From assembly GCA_035695825.1 (NCBI GenBank), contig DASRRH010000004.1:24515-88514 (forward strand): a DNA stretch of 64,000 bases, read 5' to 3'. Below the pieces are notes generated by a model that was given only the letters and a program-made list of their open reading frames with translations, was not told where the DNA came from and made no database searches. Shown here one piece after another: positions 9,466-18,327 of this stretch. This stretch comes from Planctomycetota bacterium (GTDB lineage: Bacteria; Planctomycetota; UBA1135; JAKEFM01). The position numbers and the translations under genes are program-made. Position 1 is the stretch's first letter. Every line of letters begins with the position of its first letter.

Positions 9466-11417
9466 ACGTGTCCGGCCTGCGCGGCGAAGCGTCCGTTCGG
9501 CGCGTGGAGCGCCGCGTCGGCCGAGAGGTCCCGCACGAGCCGGCCCGCCGGCGCGGTCCCCTCGAACGCGCGCGTCGCGAAGAGGACGCGCGGCGTCTCG
9601 GACCCCTCCGACCAGAGGAACCCGCGCCCTTCCCGCAGCGCCGTCCTCCGGCGGAGGAGGGAGCGCACCTCGAGGAAGTCGCGGTTCGCCCGGCGGATCG
9701 CCTCGCGCGCGGCGGAAGCCCCCCCCCCGCCGGTCTTCGCCTCGGCCGCCGGATCGAGCCACTCGAGCGGGACGATCGGGGGCGAGCCCGCGGCGATCGA
9801 CCCGAAGTAGATCTCGGGGAGCGAGCCCGGATCGCCGGTGAGCATCCGCGACGAGCGGAACTCGAGCGGTTCGCGGCGGGCGGCGTCCATCCACCCGCCG
9901 TTCAGGGCGAACGCGGAGAACTCCCCTTCTGCGTAGAGGAGACCCGCGCCCGCGCCCTGGAACGCGCGGGCCCGCGCGACGTGGCGGTCCTCGTTGGTCC
10001 GGGGGGGGCTCGCGCGGTGGTCCCTCGTCGCCGCGTGGACGAAGAACGAGTCGATCCAGAGGCCGTCGATCCCCCCGCGGGCGCAGGCGTTCCGCACCCG
10101 GTCGACGGAGTAGTCGAAGAAGGATCCGCGCAGGTCGAGCAGAGGGCCGCCGACCGCGGTGAACTCGAACGGGCGCCCGTGCTCGTCCCGCATCGGCCAG
10201 TCGCCGTGCTCGGCGAGGAGGGGAGAGCCCGAGGCGAGGTGCGCGCAGGGGAGCCACGCGACGACGTCCAGCCTTCGGGCGTGCGCGGCGTCGCAGAAAG
10301 TGCGCAGCCCCTCGACTCCTCCCCGCGACGCCGCCACCTCGAGATCGATCACGGAGAGGGACTTCCCTCCCTTTCCCTCGCTCTGGAGGGTCGTCCAGAT
10401 GCAGGCGAGGTAGACCCGGCGAAAGCCGAGGTCGGCCGCGAGGTCGAGCCAGGGGAGGGCGTCGGCGAACGTGCGCCCGGGCCCGAGCTCGGGGATCGCC
10501 GCGGTCGGCAGCGCCTCGGTCTCCGCCACGCCGGCGTCGCGGCGGAGCTCGGCGTGGACGTGATCGAGGAGGGACGTCCGGAGCGCGTCGCGCCGCAGGC
10601 GGTCGGCTCGCGCGTCCTCGGCGGGGGCGAACAGCACGATCCGGGGAGGGACCCGGACGGCTGCGCCGGCGGGCAGCGCCACGACGTCCTCGAACGAGAG
10701 GCGGCCATCCCCCGCGTCCTTGCGGCGATAGGTCTCGCAGCCGACCGGCACCCGCTCTTCCGAGCCCGTCGAGAGGACGGTCGCCATCGGGAGGCGATAG
10801 GCGCAGAGGACCCCCGCGGCGGTCGCCAGGAGGTCGAAGGCGGGCCCGCGCGCGAAGGAGGCGACGTTCGCCTCCTCGAAGGCGTCCCCCCTCTCGATGC
10901 GACGGCTTCCGAGGAAGCCTCCCTCCACCGTCCCTCCCGGCTCGAAGGTCCCCCGGTCGACCAGCGTGTGCGCGCGCCCCGAGCGGCCGCGAAACTCGTA
11001 GGCGATCGAGAGCCCCGCGAACGTCGCCGCGGGGAGCCGGGCCTCGACCGGCCGGAGGATCCAGCGGAGTTCGTCCTCGGTCTCCCGGGAGCGCTCGACG
11101 AGGGTCGTCCGAACGACGACCGCGTCCCCCTCCGGGCCGTGGCCGAGGTACCGGCAAGAGTTGTAGCGTCCGCCGCGATCGGTCCCGACGAGGGGCCGGA
11201 TCGACGTCGAGGGATCGCGGAGCGCGATCCCCCCGGAGCGCACCCCCCCGATCCCGAGGAAGTCCGAGCCCTCGACGAGGAGATCGCACGCGATCCCGTT
11301 CGGGAAGGCGACCTCGATCCCGTGCGGAGCCGGGGGACGCGCCGGGGCGGGGGCCGGGGAGGGCTCCGCCGGCGCACGGAGGAGGAGGAGGAGGGCGGCG
11401 GCGAGGGAGGGGCGCAT
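9438..11417 (-). CDS. Secreted alpha-amylase-family-like (GH13-like TIM barrel) glycoside hydrolase
   Basis: ATG at 11417 gives signal peptide MRPSLAAALLLLLRAPA. The C-terminal half has GH13-like blocks (RRLDVVAWLPCAH, GGIDGLWIDSF, LLYAEGE). The family call is motif-level only. Confidence 0.6.
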   Translation of the reverse strand: MRPSLAAALLLLLRAPAEPSPAPAPARPPAPHGIEVAFPNGIACDLLVEGSDFLGIGGVRSGGIALRDPSTSIRPLVGTDRGGRYNSCRYLGHGPEGDAVVVRTTLVERSRETEDELRWILRPVEARLPAATFAGLSIAYEFRGRSGRAHTLVDRGTFEPGGTVEGGFLGSRRIERGDAFEEANVASFARGPAFDLLATAAGVLCAYRLPMATVLSTGSEERVPVGCETYRRKDAGDGRLSFEDVVALPAGAAVRVPPRIVLFAPAEDARADRLRRDALRTSLLDHVHAELRRDAGVAETEALPTAAIPELGPGRTFADALPWLDLAADLGFRRVYLACIWTTLQSEGKGGKSLSVIDLEVAASRGGVEGLRTFCDAAHARRLDVVAWLPCAHLASGSPLLAEHGDWPMRDEHGRPFEFTAVGGPLLDLRGSFFDYSVDRVRNACARGGIDGLWIDSFFVHAATRDHRASPPRTNEDRHVARARAFQGAGAGLLYAEGEFSAFALNGGWMDAARREPLEFRSSRMLTGDPGSLPEIYFGSIAAGSPPIVPLEWLDPAAEAKTGGGGASAAREAIRRANRDFLEVRSLLRRRTALREGRGFLWSEGSETPRVLFATRAFEGTAPAGRLVRDLSADAALHAPNGRFAAQAGHVYRFEDPPR

Positions 11418-12355
11418 CACTCCTCGCCTTCGACCCGGAAGTCGTCCAGGGTGAAATGCTCTCCCCCCGCCTCGGCGGGGACGCAGGAGAAGCGGACGCG
11501 GAACGAGGAGCCTCGGGCGCGGAACGCCGCCGTGAACGGCGTCCCCTCCCACGACCCCGAGTGCGCGGCGCCCTTCACCGCGGCCACGGATTCCGCCCCG
11601 AGAGGCGCCCCCGGCTCCCCGCCCTCGACGACCTGGGCGACGAGGTCGCGCACGCCGGAGGCCTCGATCCACGCCGCGACGCGGTACGCCCGTCCGGGCT
11701 GGCTCGGGAAGGCCTCGGTCTCGAGGACGGTGATCGGCCTCCCGCTCGCGCGCGCGTGGTCCCGCTCCTCGCGCACCCTGCGCCAGGCCTCGAAGTCCCA
11801 GCCTTCGGCGGGAGGCGGATCGGGGATCGCGGGGCGGGACGGGGCGCGATACGCGAGCGCGGCAGATCCGCCGACGCCGATTCCGGGCGCCGCCGCGACG
11901 CCCTCTCCCGCGGACCAACCGGGCGGGAGTCCCGACTCGAAGTCGAAGGAGCGGACGGTGTGGAGGGGGACCCCCTCGAGGGAGGGCTTCCCCGCGGCGC
12001 CCCCCGGAGCGCCGGCCTTCCCCGTCGTGCCCTTCGCGGCCGGCGTCGCGCCGGGATCCGCGCTCGACTTGGGAGGCCCGTCCTTTCCGGCCGGCCCCTT
12101 CCCGTCCCCCGTCCCGTACCGGGAGCGGAGGAACCGCTCCGCCGAGGCGGAGTCGGACGCGGCCACGGCGCGCAGTTTCTCGTAAACTCCGGGGTCTTCG
12201 CGACGGAGCCTCTCCCAGAGGTCGTCCAGCGCGGGCTGGGACTGGGGAGGGGGCGAGGCCTTCTGCGCTCCGGGCAGGGGCGGAGATGCCACCGTGATCG
12301 CCATCGCGAGGACGACGGCCGGGACGCTTCGGAGGCTGCGCTGCACCGCACTCAT
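11417..12355 (-). CDS. Secreted hypothetical protein with Pro/Gly/Lys-rich linker and C-terminal beta-sandwich (CBM-like) domain
   Basis: ATG 12355 gives MSAVQRSLRSVPAVVLAMAITVASPP (signal-like). The stop overlaps the downstream ATG (TGATG at 11415..11419). The CBM-like call is an impression from composition, not from a motif. Confidence 0.55.
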   Translation of the reverse strand: MSAVQRSLRSVPAVVLAMAITVASPPLPGAQKASPPPQSQPALDDLWERLRREDPGVYEKLRAVAASDSASAERFLRSRYGTGDGKGPAGKDGPPKSSADPGATPAAKGTTGKAGAPGGAAGKPSLEGVPLHTVRSFDFESGLPPGWSAGEGVAAAPGIGVGGSAALAYRAPSRPAIPDPPPAEGWDFEAWRRVREERDHARASGRPITVLETEAFPSQPGRAYRVAAWIEASGVRDLVAQVVEGGEPGAPLGAESVAAVKGAAHSGSWEGTPFTAAFRARGSSFRVRFSCVPAEAGGEHFTLDDFRVEGEE

Positions 12356-12441
12356 CGGGCTGACTCCGCAAGGCGCGCGCGCACGATACCCGACCCCGCG
12401 ACTACGATCGACCCTCACCCCCGTGGAACGAGAGAGGAGCG

Positions 12442-13536
12442 ATGTCCCCGGATCCGGCTGATTCCCCGGCGAGGCCGTCCGCGGGAGCCGGACGGCGTCG
12501 CCGGCTCGCCCTCGTCGCGGGCTCGGGCCTCCTCCTCGCCCTGCTCGGGGAGGTCGCCGTCCGCGTCTACGACGGCGTGCGCGGCGTCTCGCCGCACAGC
12601 CACAACTTCGCCTACTTCCTCTTCCGACCCCATCCCTACCGCGGCTACTCCCTCGCCCCCGGGCTGCGCATCCGGTTCGCGCACGGCCGGACGATCGGAG
12701 TCAACTCGCTCGGCTTCCGCGGTCCGGAGTTCACCCCCGAGAAGCCTCCGGGGACCACGCGGATCTTCTGTCTCGGGGAGTCCTCGACCTTCGGCCTCTA
12801 CGAGAGCGACGAGGACGTCTGGCCGCGGCGCCTCGAGGAGAGGCTCCGCGCGCGGTTCCCCGACCGGCGCTTCGAGGTGGTGAACGCCGGCGTCCCCGGC
12901 TACTCGAGCTACGAATCGCTGATCTACCTCCAGCAGGAGATCGTGAACTACCGCCCCGACGCCGTCCTCGCCTACCACGGCTGGAACGACGCGATCAAGC
13001 TCGGGACGATCGGGGCGAGCGGCAACCTCCCCGAGACGGGGATCCTCCGGGTCCGGCACGTCGAGAAGCACGGCTGGCTGCGGGACCTCCTCAACGGCTC
13101 CTCCCTGTTCGGCGTCCTCGAGAACCGGGTGCTCGACCCCCTGTGGGTCGCCCGCCACGAGGGGCGCTGGTTCTTCGACCGGCTCTACGACGAGCGAAAC
13201 GTCGAGACCGACCTCGCCGCCTTCGAGCGCAACCTCCGCGCGATCGCGCGGTTCGCCGGGGACAACGGCTTCGAAGCGGTCCTCTGCGCCCCGATCGTCC
13301 GCCGCGGCGATCCCGCGGCGGAGCCAAAGTGGGCGCGCTGGATCCCCCGCTGCGAGGAAACCGTGCGCAAGGTCGCGCGGGAGACCGGCGCGGCCCTGGC
13401 CGACGCGGCGAGGGGCGTCGAGGCGAAGCCCGAGTACCTCCTCGACCCGGTCCACTTCACTCCGCGCGGAAGCGAGGCGATGGCGGAGTTCCTCGCCGCC
13501 CGCCTCGCCGAAATCCTGCCGAAGGCCGCCCGGTGA
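12442..13536 (+). CDS. SGNH/GDSL-family hydrolase, membrane-anchored (paralog 2 of 4, GES variant of block I)
   Basis: ATG is preceded by GAGAGGAG. Anchor LALVAGSGLLLALLG. Motifs CLGESSTFG, NAGVPGY, GWND, DPVHFT. Confidence 0.7.
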   Translation: MSPDPADSPARPSAGAGRRRRLALVAGSGLLLALLGEVAVRVYDGVRGVSPHSHNFAYFLFRPHPYRGYSLAPGLRIRFAHGRTIGVNSLGFRGPEFTPEKPPGTTRIFCLGESSTFGLYESDEDVWPRRLEERLRARFPDRRFEVVNAGVPGYSSYESLIYLQQEIVNYRPDAVLAYHGWNDAIKLGTIGASGNLPETGILRVRHVEKHGWLRDLLNGSSLFGVLENRVLDPLWVARHEGRWFFDRLYDERNVETDLAAFERNLRAIARFAGDNGFEAVLCAPIVRRGDPAAEPKWARWIPRCEETVRKVARETGAALADAARGVEAKPEYLLDPVHFTPRGSEAMAEFLAARLAEILPKAAR

Positions 13537-15110
13537 ACCGGACCGGTCCCGCGGGAGCGACCGGAACCCCGTCCCCGCTGCGGTCGAGCGCCGCCGTGTC
13601 CGCGGCCGTCGCCCTCTGGATCGTCACGGGCCTCGTCGTCAACGCCGCCCTTGCCGGGCGCTTCGGGGCGGGGGCGGCGATGGATGCCTACCTCGCCGCT
13701 TCGACCCTTCCGACCCTCGTCGCCATCGTGCTGCAGGGGGGCTTCACGCTGACGCTCGTCCCCGTCGTCGTCGAGCTCGAGGCGCGCGGAGACTTCGACG
13801 CGAGCCGTCGGCTCTTCGCCGCGTTCTTCCGGTGGAGCCTCCTCCTCCTCGGGGCCCTCGCCCTCGCCGTCGCGGTCGCCGCCGCGCCTCTCGTCGGACT
13901 CGTCGTTCCCGGCCACGACCCGAAGCGGACGGACCTCGCGGCCGGACTCCTCCGGATCTTCGCCCCGTCCCTCCTCCTCCAGGGCCTCTCGACCTACTTC
14001 CAGAGCGTCCACTACGCGCGCCACCGCTACGGGGCCGCGTCGCTCGCTCCCGTCGCCGGCAACCTCGCCACGCTCTTCTTCGTCGTCGCCTTCGGGCGCC
14101 GCTGGGGGATCGCGAGCGCCGCCTGGGGCGTCGGCGCCGGGGCGCTCCTGCAGTGCCTCCTCCTCGCGCGGACGCCGGGGCCCGGGGCGGCGCTCCTCGC
14201 GCCGGGCCCGTGGGGGGACCCTTCCCTGCGCAAGCTCGCCGCGCTCCTCTGGCCCGTCCTCGTCGGGTCGATCCTCTACCGCAGCAACGCTCTCGTCGAG
14301 CGCCACATCGTCTCGTACGGCCCCGAGAAGTCGATCTCGTACCTCGGCTTCGCGGCGAAGGTCATCGGGTTCCTCGTGATGCTCGTCTCGCAGGGGATGA
14401 GCCTCACGCTCCTCTCCCGCCTCTCCGCGCAGGCCGCGCGCGGCGAGGAGGCCGCCCTCCGGACCTCCCTCGGCCAGGCGCTGCGCGCGAGCCTCCTCCT
14501 CTCGATTCCCGCGACCCTCCTCCTCGCCGCCGTGCGCGTCCCCGTCGTGCAGGTCCTCTTCGAGCGGAAAGCCTTCCTCCCGGAAGACACCGCGGGCACG
14601 TCGAGCGCCCTCCTCTGCTACCTCGGGGCGGTCCTCGGCGGGTGCGTCGGGACGACGCTCTCCCGCGTCCTGTACGCCCGCCAGCGGACGCGGATCGCCG
14701 TCGCGATCGGGATCGCCGGGGCGGCGCTGCACCTCCTCCTCGCGGCGCTCCTCTTCCGCCCGTACGGATTCCGCGGCGTCGCCCTCGCCTACTCGGCCTC
14801 GCAGCTGGCGTGCGTCCTCCTGCTCGCGCTCGTCGCGCGCCGGCTGATCGGGAGCCTCGACCTCAAGCCGGTCCTCGCGGCGGGCGCCGCCTCCCTGCTC
14901 GCTTCGGTCCCGATGGCCCTGGGCGCCTCCCTCCTCGTGCGCGCCCTCGGGCTCGAGAGAGCGCCGATGGCGGGAAAGGTCTCCGGCCTCGCGTGCACGG
15001 GGGTCGCCAGCCTCTCCGCGTTCCTCCTCCTCGCCCACCTCCTCGGCGTCGAAGAGATCGGTTGGGTCCTCGGACGGCTCCGGCGAGCCCTCTCGCGGAG
15101 AGCGGCGTGA
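13533..15110 (+). CDS. MOP-superfamily flippase, MurJ/MviN-like (candidate Wzx role)
   Basis: GTG 13533 overlaps the upstream TGA (GTGA). About 525 aa, polytopic, with MurJ-like length and hydrophobic pattern throughout. The upstream part of ORF 13143..15110 is Arg-rich junk. Confidence 0.8.
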   Translation: MNRTGPAGATGTPSPLRSSAAVSAAVALWIVTGLVVNAALAGRFGAGAAMDAYLAASTLPTLVAIVLQGGFTLTLVPVVVELEARGDFDASRRLFAAFFRWSLLLLGALALAVAVAAAPLVGLVVPGHDPKRTDLAAGLLRIFAPSLLLQGLSTYFQSVHYARHRYGAASLAPVAGNLATLFFVVAFGRRWGIASAAWGVGAGALLQCLLLARTPGPGAALLAPGPWGDPSLRKLAALLWPVLVGSILYRSNALVERHIVSYGPEKSISYLGFAAKVIGFLVMLVSQGMSLTLLSRLSAQAARGEEAALRTSLGQALRASLLLSIPATLLLAAVRVPVVQVLFERKAFLPEDTAGTSSALLCYLGAVLGGCVGTTLSRVLYARQRTRIAVAIGIAGAALHLLLAALLFRPYGFRGVALAYSASQLACVLLLALVARRLIGSLDLKPVLAAGAASLLASVPMALGASLLVRALGLERAPMAGKVSGLACTGVASLSAFLLLAHLLGVEEIGWVLGRLRRALSRRAA

Positions 15111-16945
15111 GCGGGTCCGTCGCGACCGGGCCCCGCGAGTCCTCCCTTCCGCTCCGGCTTCTCGTCCCGCTCGCGGCCACCCTCGTCGGGCTCCTCCTGC
15201 ACGGCTATCGGTTCGGCGTCGTCGACCAGGACATCTACCTCCCCCTCGTATCGAAGGGACTCCCCGACGCGCGATTCCATCCCGCGGACGTCCTCTTCCG
15301 CGCCGACGTCTCGGCCTACTCCCTCTTCTGGTGGGCGGTCGAGAGGGGGGAGGCCCTCCTCGACCTCGAGCGGCTCCTCGCCCTCCTCTACCCGATCTGC
15401 GCCTTCGCCTACCTCGCGGCGATCGGGAGCGCCGCCCGGGCGATCGGACTCGGGGAGAGGGCGAGCGCCCTCGCGACGCTCCTCGCCGCGTGTCCGCTCC
15501 CCGTCGGGGGGGTGTACGCGGACCCGGGGGCGGCTTCGATCCAGACGTGGAACGTCTACGTGACGCATCGGTCCGCGGCGACCGCGGTCTCCTGGGCGTC
15601 CATCGCCGGCGCCCTGCGCGGGCGATGGGTCCCCTCGCTCGGGCTCGCGGGGCTCGTCTTCTCGCTCCACCCCGTCAGCGCGGCGCCGCTCCTCGCCGCC
15701 GTCGGGGGGCTCGCCGTCGCCGATCGGGCGCACCGGACGCGGTTCGGCCGACTCGCCCCCCTCGCGCTCCTCGCCGGCGCGGCGCCGTTCGCGATCCTCC
15801 GGTCGGGACGGACGGGGGGCTCCTCCCCGTTCGCCCCCGTCGATCCCGCGTGGCTCGAGATCGTCCGGCTGCGCAACCCCTACGCCTTCCTCCGGAGCTG
15901 GAGCCCGTTCGCGTTCGCGATCCTCCTCCTCTTCGCAGCGGCCGCGCTCGTCTCCGCGGGGCTCGAGGCTCCTCTCGCGGGGGCGGCCCGGCGACGCGTC
16001 CGCGCCCTCCTCGCCGGAGTGGCGGTCCTCTGCGCGGCCGCCTTCCCGTTCACCGACCTCCATCCTCTCGCCGGAGCCGTCCAGTTCCAGGTCTATCGGG
16101 GCCTCGCGTTCCCCGTCCTCCTCGCCGTCCTGCTCTTCGCCCGCGGAGCGGTCCCGGCCCTGGCGGGAGGCCCGGCGCTCGGAGCGGCCGCCGCGTGGAC
16201 GGCGGCCTCCCTCGTCTCCTTCGACGAGAGACTCCTCCTCCTCGGGCTGCTCGCGATGCTCCTCGCCCGCGCCCGGGCGGGACGACCCGCGAGCGCGATG
16301 GCGTGGATCGCCTTCGCGGCGTCGCTCGCCGCCGTCGCCGGCGCGACGGTCGCGGGAGGGGAATGGCGACCGCTGACGGCGGGACGTCTCGCCCTGTGCG
16401 GAGGAGCGGCGCTCGGCGCGGCGTTCGGGGCGCTCGCGCTGCGGACGGAGGTGCCGCGGCGCGTCGGGCCGATCGCCCTCGCCGCCGGCCTCCTCGTCGC
16501 GGTCGGCCTGGTCCCGCTCGCGAGCCCCGAGCGCCGGCGGCGGCGGTTCGACTGGCCGGGACGTCCGCCGCGGGACGGGTGGGAGGAGGTCCAGGCCTGG
16601 TCGAAGAGGAACCTCGGCCGGGCGCTCGTCGTCGTACCTCCCGAACGGTCGGGGTTCCGCACCGGATCGCTTCGAAGCGTCCTCGTCGGCTTCAAGGACG
16701 GCGGCGCGGCGCTCCTCGACCGGGAGTTCGCGATCGAGTGGCGCGACCGCATGAAGGCGATCGGCGCCCTCGCGGACGGGGAGGGGTACCGCCGGCTTGG
16801 CCCGGCGGACTTCGACGGGCTGGCGGAGCGGTTCGGCGCGACCCACGTCGTCGTCGAGGCCGCCCGTTCCCTGCCCGGCGAGGCGGTTCACCGCAACCCC
16901 GAGTTCGCCGTCTACGTGCTGCCGTTCGGACGCGCGCCCCGATGA
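15107..16945 (+). CDS. Uncharacterised polytopic membrane protein with C-terminal soluble domain
   Basis: GTG 15107 overlaps the upstream TGA (GTGA). About 480 aa of TM-rich sequence (HGYRFGVVDQDIYLPLV near the N-terminus), then a ~130 aa soluble tail (DGWEEVQAWSKRN...THVVVEAAR). I cannot assign a family. Confidence 0.7.
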   Translation: MSGSVATGPRESSLPLRLLVPLAATLVGLLLHGYRFGVVDQDIYLPLVSKGLPDARFHPADVLFRADVSAYSLFWWAVERGEALLDLERLLALLYPICAFAYLAAIGSAARAIGLGERASALATLLAACPLPVGGVYADPGAASIQTWNVYVTHRSAATAVSWASIAGALRGRWVPSLGLAGLVFSLHPVSAAPLLAAVGGLAVADRAHRTRFGRLAPLALLAGAAPFAILRSGRTGGSSPFAPVDPAWLEIVRLRNPYAFLRSWSPFAFAILLLFAAAALVSAGLEAPLAGAARRRVRALLAGVAVLCAAAFPFTDLHPLAGAVQFQVYRGLAFPVLLAVLLFARGAVPALAGGPALGAAAAWTAASLVSFDERLLLLGLLAMLLARARAGRPASAMAWIAFAASLAAVAGATVAGGEWRPLTAGRLALCGGAALGAAFGALALRTEVPRRVGPIALAAGLLVAVGLVPLASPERRRRRFDWPGRPPRDGWEEVQAWSKRNLGRALVVVPPERSGFRTGSLRSVLVGFKDGGAALLDREFAIEWRDRMKAIGALADGEGYRRLGPADFDGLAERFGATHVVVEAARSLPGEAVHRNPEFAVYVLPFGRAPR

Positions 16946-18327
16946 AACCGACCCGCAGCTCGAAGGAGGAAGCGTTGACCCATCGAAGACCGCAGTTCCG
17001 CGTCGAGACCACCCTCTCCGCGCGTGCGTCGCAGCGGCCGAAGCCCGGGCCGCGCTTCCCGTACGGGCGCCACCTCTTCGACGAACGAGAGATCGAGGCC
17101 GCCCGGGAGGCCCTCCTCGACCGGCGCCTCAGCGGAGGGGAGCGGACGGCGCGGTTCGAGGAGGCCTTCGCGCGGCTCGTCGGCGCGCCGTTCGCCTGCT
17201 TCGTCAACTCCGGCTCCTCGGCGAACCTCCTCGCGGCGGCAGCCCTCGTCGCGGCGGAAGGGGAGAATGCGCTCCGTCCGGGCGACGAGGTGGTCGTCCC
17301 CGCGCTCTCGTTCCCGACGACGGCGAACGCCTTCCTCTTCCAGGGTCTCTCGATCGTTCTCGCCGACGTGCGTCGCGACACGCTCACGATCGACGCCGCG
17401 ACGGTCGCGCCCTGCCTCGGGCGGCGCACCCGCGCCCTCTCCGTCCTCCACACGCTCGGCAATCCCTGCGAGATGGAGAGCCTGCTCGCCCTCGCGAGGG
17501 ACCGCCGTCTCGTCGTGCTCGAGGATGCGTGCGAGGCGCTCGGAACGACGTGGCGCGGGCGCGCCGCCGGGACGTTCGGCGCGCTCGGGACCTACTCCTT
17601 CTATCCTGCGCACCAGATCACGACCGGCGAAGGGGGGTGCGTCGTCGGCGCCGATCCGGCGCTCGTGCCGGCGCTCCACTCGCTCCGCGACTGGGGACGC
17701 GACTGCCCGTGCGAGCGGTGCGCGAGCGCGGGGAAGGGAGACCGTCGAGCGCCCCTCCCCGGCGACTGGGACCGTCACTTCCTCTACACGCACCGGGGCT
17801 TCAACCTGAAGGCCCTCGATCTGCAGGCGGCGATCGGCCTCGCGCAGATCGAGAAGTTCCCCCGTTTCCGGGCGGCGCGGAAGGCGAACTTCGCGCGGCT
17901 GAGGGGATGGTTCGCGGAGCGCGAGGACCTCTTCGCTCCGACGCGGACGCCTCCGGGCGGCGATCCCTGCTGGTTCGCGTTCCCCGTCGTGCTGCGGGAG
18001 GGGAGGCTCTCGCGCCCCGGACTCCTGCGGTTCCTCGCCGACCGCGGCGTCGAGACGCGCCCGCTCCTCGCCGGAAACCTCGCGCGCCAGCCCGGATTCT
18101 CCGGCGCGAAGATCCGGATCCCCGCGCCGCTGCCGGAGGCCGAGCACCTCGTCCGCAACGGCTTCTTCGTCGGCCTCCACCCCGGCCTCTCCTCGGAGGA
18201 CATCGACGCGATGCTCCGCGCGTTCGGCGACTTCGTCGATCGAGGGGGGGCGGCCCGTCCCGATCACCTTCCCGCGATCTCGCGCAGGAGGTCGATGAGG
18301 CGCGCCGCGACCCGCTCGAAAGAGTAG
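16942..18327 (+). CDS. DegT/DnrJ/EryC1-family enzyme of the RfbH / E1 / ColD 3-dehydrase type
   Basis: ATG 16942 overlaps the upstream TGA (ATGA). Motifs NSGSSANLLA, SFYPAHQITTGEGG (His where aminotransferases carry the PLP Lys) and RDWGRDCPCERC. Confidence 0.85.
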   Translation: MKPTRSSKEEALTHRRPQFRVETTLSARASQRPKPGPRFPYGRHLFDEREIEAAREALLDRRLSGGERTARFEEAFARLVGAPFACFVNSGSSANLLAAAALVAAEGENALRPGDEVVVPALSFPTTANAFLFQGLSIVLADVRRDTLTIDAATVAPCLGRRTRALSVLHTLGNPCEMESLLALARDRRLVVLEDACEALGTTWRGRAAGTFGALGTYSFYPAHQITTGEGGCVVGADPALVPALHSLRDWGRDCPCERCASAGKGDRRAPLPGDWDRHFLYTHRGFNLKALDLQAAIGLAQIEKFPRFRAARKANFARLRGWFAEREDLFAPTRTPPGGDPCWFAFPVVLREGRLSRPGLLRFLADRGVETRPLLAGNLARQPGFSGAKIRIPAPLPEAEHLVRNGFFVGLHPGLSSEDIDAMLRAFGDFVDRGGAARPDHLPAISRRRSMRRAATRSKE

